DNA of 64,000 nucleotides, taken from the NCBI RefSeq assembly GCF_020745735.1, contig NC_083428.1:43778217-43842216 (forward strand), in the 5' to 3' direction. This document shows, piece after piece, positions 50,371-61,562 of the stretch; position 1 is the stretch's first letter; every line of letters starts with the position of its first letter. The notes beneath the pieces were generated by a model. That model did not search any database. It was not told the DNA's origin and saw only the letters and a program-made list of their open reading frames with translations. Source of the stretch: Hemiscyllium ocellatum. Lineage: Eukaryota. The position numbers and the translations under genes were made by a program.

Positions 50371-52455
50371 ATGTTGCTGGGACTGAAAGGTTTGAGTTAT
50401 AAAGGAGAGACTAGATGAGCTGGGACTTATTTCCTTGGAGCTTTGGAGGCTGAGGGGTGACCTTAATGAGGTTTACAAATCATGATAAAGTGGCATAGAT
50501 AAAGTGAATAACCAAGGTCTTTTCCACAGGGTAGGGGAGCCTAAAACTAGAGGGCATATGTTTAAGGTGGGAAGGGAAAGATTTTAAAAGGGACCTGAGG
50601 GATAAGTTTTTCAGAGGGTGGTGCATGTGTGGAATGAGCTGCCAGAGGAAATGATAGAGGTAAGCACAATCACACCATTTCAGACCTTTGGACAGGTGCA
50701 TGGATAGGAAGGAGTTGGAGAGATATGGGCCAAATGCTGTCAAATTGTACTAGCTAATTTTGGGATACCTGGTTGGCATGAATGAGTTGCCTGTGACTCT
50801 ATGACACAACAGGGCAGTAAACTGCAACTATTTGCTCTAATTGAACTCTTAGAATTATGAAAAATATTACTGAACTCTTCATATTGGCGGTGTCGGGTTA
50901 GTATTATAAACCTACACGCTGTGACTGAGCATTCATACTGACGTCTGAGTGAATATGGTTATTGATCAGTGAATATTGATCTTAGTCCCTGAAAGTCCAA
51001 TGCTGATTTGGTTCAATATGATTTGCAGCTCTTGTTTCTTGTCAGAGCGAGAGTTTGACAGCACAGATTGGTCATCAAGCACCAGTCTACTCTGGTTCAG
51101 TTTTCCAGCGCTTGCATGCTATGGCTCTTCAGGTGATCTTAATCTTTTCTCATGTTGAAATGGTTCCCACTTCAAGACCCTCTGGGTGTAAAATTCTTAA
51201 GTTACTTCTAAACCTCCTACTTTTACCTTTAGTGATTGCACCCTGGTTATCTACTAGAGGAAAAAGATTTCTTACTGTTTACCCTCAATTTTATGCCTCA
51301 GTCAGGTCCCCCTCATCCTTCTCTGCTCTAATGTTCTAAATTCTTATTATCTACCATAAACTTCCCCTTCTTGTCCAATCCTGTACATTTCTTGACATCC
51401 AAAGTTCTCATCTTGTTTTGACAGAAGAAGGTTGGCCCTGCATTTTCGCTATTTTTTAAAATAACACCCATTACTTCAATATGGATTTTCTTACAAGTAG
51501 CTGCTTTCACTCCACCTTGGCCAATTCCCCTCTCCTATTAAAATTGGCTGCCCCCAGTTCAAAACTGGTCTATTTTTATTTCTTTCCATGAATACCTTAT
51601 TGAATTATAGTCGTTGTCACTAAATGCTCTTCATTTCCTTAAAATCAGGGACAGCGCTGCTGTCACATGTCATACATGATTGTTTAAAGGTTTTCCTAGA
51701 TACATTTCAAATTTCTCTAAACCTTTCACGCTTTGTCTATCCCAGTTAACATCAGGAATCCTCTACCATTATTACCCATTTATTTTTATACTTCTGTCTT
51801 TCTATTTCTCACCAACTTGTTTAGGGTTTATAGTGCACCTCCACCAATGTGATTGTCCCATTTTTTAAGTTCTACCCATATGACCTCAATTCAGTAACCT
51901 CCTTTGACATCATCCATCCTTATTTCAGTAATTGATTCCAATATTGCAACACCGCCTTTTCCTTTACACTCACACCCATCTTTCCTGAAGTTTCGGTACC
52001 CCAGAATATTGAGCTGCTGGTGTTCCCCTGCTTCAGCCATGTCTGTGATAACAATGATACCTAATGAGCGCGCTCAACTCATCTACCTTACTTGCAAGCC
52101 TTCTTGCATTAAAGCAAATGCCATCTAGCCTTGCTGAGAACCCTTGTGTTAAACTTGACTGGATATGCTGTGTGCTACATAGGAACAAAAGAAATAAGAG
52201 TAGGCCATTTGGCCCATCAAGCCTGCTCTACCATTCAGTAAGATCATGGCTGATGTTTTTGTGCACTCAGCTCCACTTAACCTGCCTGCTCACCAGAACC
52301 TTTAAGTCTTTTACTGTTCAGAAATCTATCTTTCTTTGCCTTAAAAACATTGTGATGTAGCTTCAATTGCTTCACAGATTCATAACCCTTCGGGTGAAGA
52401 AGTTCTTCCTCACCTTAGCCTCAAAATAAGGGGGAGCAGATTCAATACAATGCGC

Positions 52456-52491
52456 ATTCCTGATGAAGGGCTCTGGCCCGAAACGTTGAAT
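52456..52491 (+). ncRNA. Minimal type I hammerhead ribozyme motif in a short PLE insertion
   Basis: AUUC-CUGAUGA-A-GGGC(UCUG)GCCC-GAAA-C-GUU-GAAU; element flanked by TCAATACMATG duplication. Confidence 0.75.
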
Positions 52492-55164
52492 TTCCTGTTC
52501 CTTGGATGCTGCCTGACCTGCTGTGCATTAACCAGCAACACATTTTCAGCTCAATACCATGTCCCCTAGTTCTAGTTTTACCTGCTGGTGGAAGTAACCT
52601 TCATGCTTCTATCTTATCCGTTCCCTTCATAATTTTATATGTTTCTGTAAGATGCCTCCTTCAGTCTTCTAAATTTCAATGATTATATTCTCAGTCTACG
52701 CAATCTCTCCTCAGAAGCCAACCTTCTGAATTCCAGAATCAATCAAGTGAACCAAAACTGTGCACAGTACTTAAGGTGTGGCCTCACCAGGGCTCTATAC
52801 AGTTGCAGTATAACCTCTCCATTTTTAAACTCCATCCTTCTAACAATGAAGAACAATATTGCATTTGCCTTAACTGCCTGCTGCACCCGCAAACCAACCC
52901 ATCGTGATTCAACGACACCCAGGACCCTCTGCATAGCACCATACTGCAATTTTTAGTATTTAAATAATAGTCCATTTTACTGTTATTCCGACCAAAATTG
53001 ATGACCTCACATTTACCAATATTGTACTCCATCTGCCTGACCCTTGCTTAACACTCACTTAACCTATCTGTATCCCTCTGCAGACTTTACTCTACCACTC
53101 ATCTTAATGTCATCTGTGAACTTTGATACAGTACACTTGGTACCCAACTCTAAATCATTTATGTAAATTGCAAACAACTGGTTCCTGAGGGACATAATTA
53201 GCTTCTGATCGCCAACCAGAAAAACACCCATTTATCCGTACTCTTTGCTTTCTGTTAACCAACCTTCTATCCATACTAATACATTACCGGTAATACTGCG
53301 TACTTTCATCTTATGCAGCAACCATTTGTGCAGCACCTTGTCAAATGCCCTTCGGAAATCAGATACACCAGGTCCACCGCCCTCATAATGTCCTCAAAGA
53401 ATTCCAGTAAATTAGTTAAGCATGACCTGCGTTTCATGAACCTACACTGTGTCTGCCTAATGGAACAATGTTTATCCAGATGTCTCACTATTTCTTCTCT
53501 GATGACAGATTTGAGCATTTTCCCCACCACAGAAGTTAAGCCTATAGTTAACCGCCTTTTGTCCATCATTTTTAAACAGTGGAGTCACGTTGCTGTTTTA
53601 CAATCTGCCAGAACTGCCCCACAGTCCACCGAAGTTTGTAAATTACCATGAGTGCATTTGCTATTTCCCCATCATCTCTTTTAATACATGCATTCCATCA
53701 GGGCCGGAAGACTTTTCTACCTTTAGCCCCATTAGCTTGCTCAACACTATCTCTTCAGTGATTATGATTGTTTCTCAGTCTTCATCTGCCATAGATTCCT
53801 TGTCATCAATCATTGGCATATTATTTGTCTTCCACTGTGAAGTGAAATGCAAAATACATGTTTCTCTTTTACGTTCTTCTGCGCAACACCACTGCATGTC
53901 CCATTCCCCTGCCAACTTGGTTTAAATCCCCATGAATGGCATTAACAAATATGCACCTGCCTCATGAAGGGATGGTGGTCCCATTGCTGTTCAGGTGAAT
54001 GTGAGGTGCTGCATTTTGGTAGGGCAAACCAGAGCAGGGCTTGTACACTTAATGGTAAGGTCCTGGGGAGTGTTACAGAACAAAGAAGTGCATTTGGGAC
54101 CTTTCATAGTTCCTTGAAAGTGGAGTTGTAGGTAGACAGGATAGTGAAGAAATTGTTTGGTACGCTCGCCTTTATTGGTCAGAGCATTGAGTCTAGGAGT
54201 TGGAAGGTCGAGTTGTGGCTCTACAAGACATTGGTTCGGCCATGTTTGGAATACTGCATTCAGCTTTGGTTTCCTAGCTTTAGAAAAGATGTTGAGAAAC
54301 TTGAAAGGGTTCAGAAAAGATTGCCAACAATGTTGCCAGGGTTGGAGGGTATGAGCTATAGGGAGAGGGCTGTTTTCCCTGGAGTGTCAGGGGCTAAGGG
54401 GTGACCTTATAAAATCATGCGGGGCATGGATTGGGTGAATAGCCAAGGTCTTTTCCCATGGTATGTTTGGGAGTCCAAAGTTAGAAGGCGTAAGTGTAAG
54501 GTGACAGTTTAAAGACTTATAAGGAATCTAAGCGGCAATTCTTTCATGCAGGGTTGGTACATGAATGGGGTGAGCTACTAGAGGAAGTGGTGGAGGCTGG
54601 TACAAAAATGTTAGAATCCAATGTAGAAGATTTAATGGCAGCGTACTGGAAAACAGTGAGAGGATTAGATTGGGTCATCTTGAATATACAAAAGGAATAT
54701 TTTGCTTGATGAATCTACAGGAAATTTGAGGATGTAACTAGAAGAATTTCTAAGGGGAAGCCATTGGGGATGTGGTTTACTTGGATTTTTAGAGGCTTAT
54801 GGTAATATCTTATGTAAGAGGTTAATATGTAAGGTTCAAAGGCATGGGATAGGGGTGATGTACTAGCACGGATAGAGAAAACAAAATAGGAAAGCATTGG
54901 TCTTTTTCTGAATGGCAGCAATGACTACTGTGGTACCACAGGGTTCAGTGCTTGGACCGCCAACTATTCACAATATATTATTAATTATTTTGATGAGGGA
55001 AATAAATGTAATATCTCCATTTTGTTGATGACCCCAAGCTTGGTTGGTGGGTGAGCTGTGAAGAGGATGCAGAGAAGCTTACGTCATTTTGAGTGAGTGG
55101 GCAAATACATAGTAGCTGCAGTATAATTTGGAAATATGGGGTATATGGTGTAAATGGGTTCAAA

Positions 55165-56463
55165 ATGGGCAAAACCCTAGCCAGAGAAACAACAGCCAAC
55201 CTGCTGGACATACAGAACAGACAACAAGACAGGGAACCTATCAACAAAGACGGCATACTCAAACTACTGGACCTGTGCCTCACAACACACTTCTCATTCA
55301 ACAACCAAGATATGAACAAATCAACGGCACACCCATGGGCTCACCCATCTCTGGACTCCTAGCAGAAGCGGTAATGCAAAGATTAGAACAAACAGTCTTA
55401 CCGCAAATTCAACCCAAACTCTGGGTCAGATATGTGGATGACACCTTTGTAATCATTAAAAACAGAAATAGAGAACACACACCGGATCATCGACGCCACA
55501 CTCACAGGAATCCGATTCACTAGAGAGGAAGAAAAGAACAACCAACTCCCATTCCTAGATGTGATGGTACAGAGAACACCAAACGAAGAATTCACCACAA
55601 AGGTATACAGGAAAGCCACACGCACAGACCTTCCTGAACTACAAAAGCAACCACCCCAAAACACACAAGAAGTTGCATCAAGACACTATTCAAAAGGACC
55701 ACAACACACTGCAGCACACCAGAACTGCAAAAAGAGGAAGAAGAACACCTCTACAATGTATTCGCCAAAAACGGATACCCCCGCAATTTCATCAACAGAT
55801 GCCTAAGGGAAAGACAACGGAATGAGGACATGTCACAACCCAAAGGACTAGCCACATTACCATACATCAAGAACATTTCTGAACTGACAGCCAGACTACT
55901 GCGACCACTAGGACTCATAACAGCACACAAACTAACAGCCACTCTCAGACAACAACTCACCAGAATGAAGGACCCGATACCCAGCATGAGCAAAACCAAT
56001 GTAGTGTACAAAATCCCATGCAAGGACTGCATAAAACACTACATAGGACAAACAGGAAGACAGCTAACAACCCGCATCCATGAACACCAACTAGCCACGA
56101 AACAACACGACCAGCTATCCTTAGTAGCCACACACACGGATGACAAGCAACATGAGTTCGACTGGGACAACACTACTATTATAGGACAAGCCAAACACAG
56201 AACAGCCAGGGAATTCCTAGGAGCTTGGCACTCATCCACAGATTCAATCAATAAGCACATCGACCTGGACCCAATATACCGGCCACTGCAGCGGACAGCT
56301 GGAACTGACAACTGGAAGCGGCAGAGACAAACCACTATAAATGCCGGAGGAAACATCACAGAAGTGCTTCACGGGAGGCTCCCAAGCACTGAGGATGTCA
56401 CCTAGACAGGGGACGAAACGTCTGCAACACAAATTCCCAGCCCGGCGAACAGAACCACAACAA
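55165..56463 (+). mobile_element. Penelope-like retroelement, 5'-truncated and frameshifted (RT plus GIY-YIG endonuclease plus 3' hammerhead)
   Basis: QINGTPMGSPISGLLAEAVM...WVRYVDDTF (PLE RT); NVVYKIPCKDCIKHYIGQTGR...RIHEH (GIY-YIG); similar GTGTAAATG..GTT..CA on both flanks. Confidence 0.92.
56386..56425 (+). ncRNA. Minimal hammerhead ribozyme motif in the Penelope 3' tail
   Basis: GCA-CUGAGGA-U-GUCACC(UAGACA)GGGGAC-GAAA-C-GUC-UGC. Confidence 0.72.
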
Positions 56464-57183
56464 TGTGTAAATGAGTTTCAGTAAGGCGTTTAAGGTTCTC
56501 CGTGGAGGTTATTGCACAAAGTACAGAAGCCTGGGATTGAGGGTGATTTAGCGGTTTGGATCAGAAGTTGGCTGGTTGGAAGAAGACAGGGTGGTGGTTG
56601 ATGGGAAATGTTCATCCTGGAGTTCAGTGACTAGTGGTGTATAGCAATGATCTGTCTTGGGTCCACTGCTGTTTGTCATTTTTATAAATGACCAGGATGA
56701 GGGTGTAGAAGGATAGATTAGTAAATTTGCGGATAACGCTAAGGTCGGTGGAGTTGTGGATAGTGCTGAAGGATGTTGCAGGTTACAGAGGACATAAATA
56801 AGCTGCAGAGCTGGGCTGAGAGGTGGCAAATGGATATTATTACAGAAAAGTGAGAGGTGATTCACTTTGGACGGAACAACAGGAAAGAAGAGTACTGGGT
56901 TAATGGTAAGATTCTTGGTAGTGTAGGTGAGCAGAGAGATTTCAGTGTCCATGTACATAGATCCCTGAAAGTTGCCACCCAGGTTGATGGGGTTGTTAAG
57001 AAGGCATATGGTGTGTTAGCTTTTATTGGTAGAGGGATTGAGTTTCGGAGCCACAAGGTCATGCAGCTGTACAAAACTCTGGTGTAGCTGCACTTGGTAC
57101 GGTTCTGGTCACTGCATTATACGAAGGATGTGGAAGCATTGGAGAAGGTTCAGAGGAGATTTACTAGGATGTTGTCTGGTATG

Positions 57184-57720
57184 CCACAGTGTGGCACAGT
57201 GGCCAGCACTGCTGCCTCACATCGCCAGGGAACTGGGTTCGATTCCAGTTTCTGGTGACTGTGTGGAGTTTGCACATTCTCCCCAAGTCCATGCGGATTT
57301 CTTCTGGGTGCTCCAGTTTCCTTCCACAGTCTAAAGATGTGCAGGCTAGGTGAAATGGCCATGCTAAATTGCCCATGGTGTTCAGGACTGTGTAGGTTAG
57401 GTGCATTAGTTGGGGGAATGGGTCTGGGTGGGTTACTCTTTGGAGGGTTGGTGTGGAGTTGGTGAGAGCCAAATGGCCTGTTTCCACAGTTTAATTTATG
57501 AGGTGTCTCGGTGGTTAGCACTGCTGCCTCACAGCACCAGGGTCCTGGCTTCGATTCCATCCCCAGGTCCTCTGGTTTCCTCCCACTGTACAAAAACAGA
57601 CAGGTTAGGTGGATTAGCCATGCTAAATCACCCAGGTATGTGCAGACTAGGTGGATTAGCCAAGGGAAGTGCAGGATTACAGTGATAGGATAGGGCATTA
57701 GGTCTGCATGTGCTGCAATA
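57184..57720 (+). mobile_element. Two tandem HE1-type V-SINEs
   Basis: Heads at about 57184 and 57505. Confidence 0.8.
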
Positions 57721-57793
57721 GCGTGCGGCTGGAGCCCTCATGGAATGCTAGCCACTGTGCCCCCTCCGTACTTCATGTCATCTCTGAAGAAGT

Positions 57794-57827
57794 TTCCTGA
57801 AGAAGGGCTTATGCCCGAAACGTCGAA
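57794..57827 (+). ncRNA. Minimal type I hammerhead ribozyme motif in a short PLE insertion
   Basis: UUC-CUGAAGA-A-GGGC(UUAU)GCCC-GAAA-C-GUC-GAA; TSD CTCTGAAGAAGT. Confidence 0.75.
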
Positions 57828-60060
57828 TCTCCTGCTCCTTGGATGCTGCCTGACCTGCTGCGCTTTTCCAGCAACACATTTTTCACCTCTGAAGAAGTCA
57901 TCCAGACTTGGAACGTTAGCTTGCTGTCTCTCCATGGATGCTGCCTGCCCCGCTGTGATCTCCAACACCTTTTGTTTTCGGTACAGATTCCAGCATCTGC
58001 AATAATTTGCTTCTACGTTGGTTAGGCAACTTTTGAAATACTGCGTTCAATTCTGAAATCCCTGCTACAGGAAGGATGTTGTGAAATTTCAAAGAGTTCA
58101 GGAAAGAATTAAAGGATGTTGCAGGGTTTGAAATACAAGGAGAGACTGATTAAGCTGGGGCTATTTTCCCTGGAACGTCGGAGGCTGATGTTACAGAACT
58201 TCAGAAATTCATGAGGGGCCTAGATAGGGTAAATAGACCAGGTCTTTTCCCCAGGATAGGGAAGTCCAAAACCAAAGGGCTTAGGTTTATGGTGAGGGGA
58301 GAAGGGCCAACTTGTTCATGTAGAGAGTGGTGTGTGTGTGTGGAATGAGGAGGTAGTGAAGGCTGGTACGATTACAACATTTAAAGGGCATCTGGATGGG
58401 TACATGATTAAGAAGGGTTTAGAGGGTTATGGGCCAAGTGCTGGTAAAAGGCACGAGATTACTTTAGGATATCTGGTCAGCATGGAAGAATTGGATCGAA
58501 GGGTCTGATTCCGTGCAGCATGTCTCTATGACTCTATATTCATTGGTGTTTAGAAGGGAGAGGGCATCGTTTTGTAGAAACCTATAAAATCTTAACAAGA
58601 CTTGACAGGGTAAATGTGGGAAGGGTGTGCCTAATGACTGAGGAGTCCAGAAACTAGGCTTTGAGGAGTGAAGAATTTCTTCACCTGGAGACTCGGAAGC
58701 CTGTGTGGAACTGTCTGCCGCTGAAAGCAGTTGAGGCCAAAACATTGAATATTTTCAAAGAAGTGATTAGATACAATTCTTCAGACTGAAGACATTCAAA
58801 GGGAACATGGAGAAAGCAGGAACAGGAGACTGAGTTGAATGATCAGCCATGATCCTATTGAGTAGCAGTGCAGACTCAAAGGCCTGAATTCCCAGTTCTC
58901 CCCTTTTCTCGGCTTCCTGAACACAAGATGGCAGGTGCAATGTGGAAATTAGAAGAATAAGAGATAGAAGTTCTTTTTATAAAGATGAAAGATATTTGTT
59001 AACAGTAGAAAACTTGATGTAACAAGTGTAAAGTTCATAAGGTGCTATATTCTATCCAAATAAAAGCCAGAAGAACTGCGGACACTATTAATCAGAAACA
59101 AAAACAGAAATTGCTGGAAAAACTCAGCAGATCTGACAGTATCTGTGGAGAGAAATCGGTTAACGTTTAGGGTCAAGTGACCCTTCCTCAGAAGCCCATT
59201 TTGCTGAATGTCTCAGGTGAAGACCCACAGAAGCAAATCGAGGACCTTGTAATGTTGATGCTAAGACATCTAAGCATTCAATTTATAGACCGCTAGACAG
59301 TTCTCTTTATTTGTTCATGTGATGTGGGCTGTGTCACACTTGAACTGGGAGACTTGTGTGGGCTGTTTCTGACAGCAGTTAAGAGTCAACCACATTGCTG
59401 TGGGTCTGGAGTTACCTGTAGGCCAGGATCAAGTAAGGTAGTTTCATTCCCTAAATAAAAATGTGAACCAGTTGAATTTTCTTGACAATTGTTATCGTTA
59501 GGTTACTTTTTAAATTCAAGACTTTTCTCTTGAATTTGAATTTCACTGTGTTATGGTGAGATTCGAACCCAGGTCCCCAGACCATTAGCCTGAGTTTTGG
59601 ATTGCTAGTCCAGGGACATTTACCAATTCACCGATGCCTCCCCTAGAGGTACCAAAGAGTTACTTGAATCTGCAAGAGCAAAGTGACCTCTTAAAAAGTG
59701 TTCTCGGAGCTGAAAAGCTGCAGTCATCTCTCCCAGAGGGCAAAGTGGAGGGCAGCTAAAAGAGAGGTCAACATAGATGGAGTTGAACCTTAGTGAACAG
59801 CAGACTTCAGATCGGTTGCAGATGAGCTCCAGTGAGTCTGTGAGGTGGTGCAAGAGAAACCAGTGTTACATACATCACAGAGCTCTCCTGTTTGGAGTAG
59901 TAACAAAAGGATGGAGAAAGTTTTCTAGTTTTTTTTAAACGATTGAGTTGAAAGGGAAGTGTGTTCGAGGCTCTTTGTTTTTGTCTTAGAACATTTAATA
60001 TTCACTATCTCCATCTGTAAGATAAACATTGTTCTTTCTCTCCATCTTCTTCTTTAATAG

Positions 60061-60135
60061 TTCCTGTACTTAATCCTGATTCTGTTTATTCTGGAAGTCA
60101 CGACAGGGACCCTCGGATACATCAACAGTGTTCAA
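60061..60135 (+). CDS. tspan37: Tetraspanin exon 3 (TM3)
   Basis: tag|TTC...CAA|gtgagt; 75 bp; FLYLILILFILEVTTGTLGYINSVQ with the conserved TM3 Glu. Confidence 0.9.
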
Positions 60136-60441
60136 GTGAGTATGCGGTTGTTTTCAAATAATCATGTTGGTTTCACTGTCATTGTAGGGAGTGTTGAGGG
60201 AGCTGGCCAGAGATTGAGCCAACCTTCTCTGTGATCAAAGGCTGTGATTGTTACAATAAGAGGCACAGTTCCTCTGGTTGTGACTGTCCAGCAAAGTCAA
60301 TGTGGGACTGAACTTCCAGAGTCACCTTTGGCCTTGGTCTCGGGCTGAGCCAGAAGTTGTGTGTTCACAACTTTCAGTCAAGAACTTACAGTGCTCAGCC
60401 TAGTCAGCCTAGGATTCCCAGCACAACACTGTACTGAAGAA

Positions 60442-60445
<4 letters not shown>

Positions 60446-60475
<30 letters not shown>
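60446..60475. repeat. (GT)15 microsatellite
   Basis: Direct observation. Confidence 0.95.
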
Positions 60476-60476
<1 letters not shown>

Positions 60477-60725
60477 TGTTTGGGGGGGGAAGTTGAGGAG
60501 GGGAGAGATGCGGGTTGGGGATGCTGTCCTGTCCTTTTCAGGTAATCTGTAAAGCCAGATGTGATGTAAAAAAATTCAGTAGCATTATTAAAAAGAAAAA
60601 AATAGGTGCATTCTCTGTGGTGGTCTGGGTGATATTTATTTCTAGTATCAATGAAAACAAATTGATATTTATAACACTGCTGTTTTTGCAGGCTTGTATG
60701 CACATGTTCCTACATTATAAGTGAT

Positions 60726-61085
60726 GGCACGGTAGTTCAGTGGTTAGCACTGCTGTCTCTCAGCGCCAGGTACCTGGGTTCGATTCCAGCCTCAGGCGAC
60801 TGTTTGTGTGGAGTTTGCACATTCTCCCCGTGTCTGTGTGGGTTTCCTCTGGGTGCTCCGGTTTCCCCCCTCAGTCCAAAGATGTGCAGGTTGGGGTGAA
60901 TTGGCCAAGCTAAATTACCCACAGTGTTCAGCAATGTGTAGGTTAGGTGCATTAGTCAGGGGTAAATGTAGAGTTATAGGATAGGGGAATGGTTCTGGTT
61001 GGGATACTCCTTTGGAGGGTCAGTGTGGATTTGTCGGGCCAAATGGCCTGTTCCCACACTGTTGGGTTTCAATTTTGATTCGATT
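60726..61085 (+). mobile_element. HE1-type V-SINE, near full length
   Basis: A and B boxes, V-domain, tail. Confidence 0.88.
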
Positions 61086-61393
61086 TCTAAATTATCGATG
61101 AAACGAAATCATCGACCTGCAACATTTAACTCTGTTTTTCTGCACAAGTGCTGTATCACCTGCTGAGTATTTCCAACATTTTCACTTTTTATTTCAGCTT
61201 CTGCAGAATTTTGATTTTGTCTTCAAAGAAGCTGCATTGATTGTGAAGCACTTCATTCAGCACATGCTGACATTGTCAAAGACCAACTCCAGTTTGTGTT
61301 AGATCAAGGTCTCGTTGTGTGTCTCTCTCTCTTTCCCTCTTCCAGAGTAAGTCTCCAGCTCTTTGTTTCTTGTGCTTTTCATTTTTTTGCTAG

Positions 61394-61495
61394 GTAGACA
61401 CTACTGACCTGGATCATTTTAATGAGATCTTCAGGAACTATACTGGTAACAACCCCACGTTCGAGAGTAGAGCAGTGGACCGGCTACAGCAGCAG
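61394..61495 (+). CDS. tspan37: Tetraspanin exon 4 (start of large extracellular loop; CCG exon lies beyond the window)
   Basis: tag|GTA...CAG|gtgaga; 102 bp; VDTTDLDHFNEIFRNYTGNNPTFESRAVDRLQQQ resembles TSPAN3 YNGTNPDAASRAIDYVQRQ; NYT sequon. Confidence 0.9.
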
Positions 61496-61562
61496 GTGAG
61501 ATTTCAGAGACAAGACTCCTATCCAGAGTGTACTCTAACCAGAACTGGACATAGGAGTCAGA

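Larger units (their letters stand above)
50015..55140. mobile_element. Cluster of CR1 LINE fragments in both orientations in tetraspanin intron 2
   Basis: LEYCVQFWSPCYRKD, LYRALVRPHLKYCAQFW, RSCLTNLLEFFED, LYKTLVRPCLEYCIQLW. Confidence 0.8.
56465..58910 (+). mobile_element. CR1 LINE fragments interrupted by SINEs and short PLEs
   Basis: IHFGRNNRKEEY...VHRSLKVATQVD; CR1-type tails. Confidence 0.8.
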
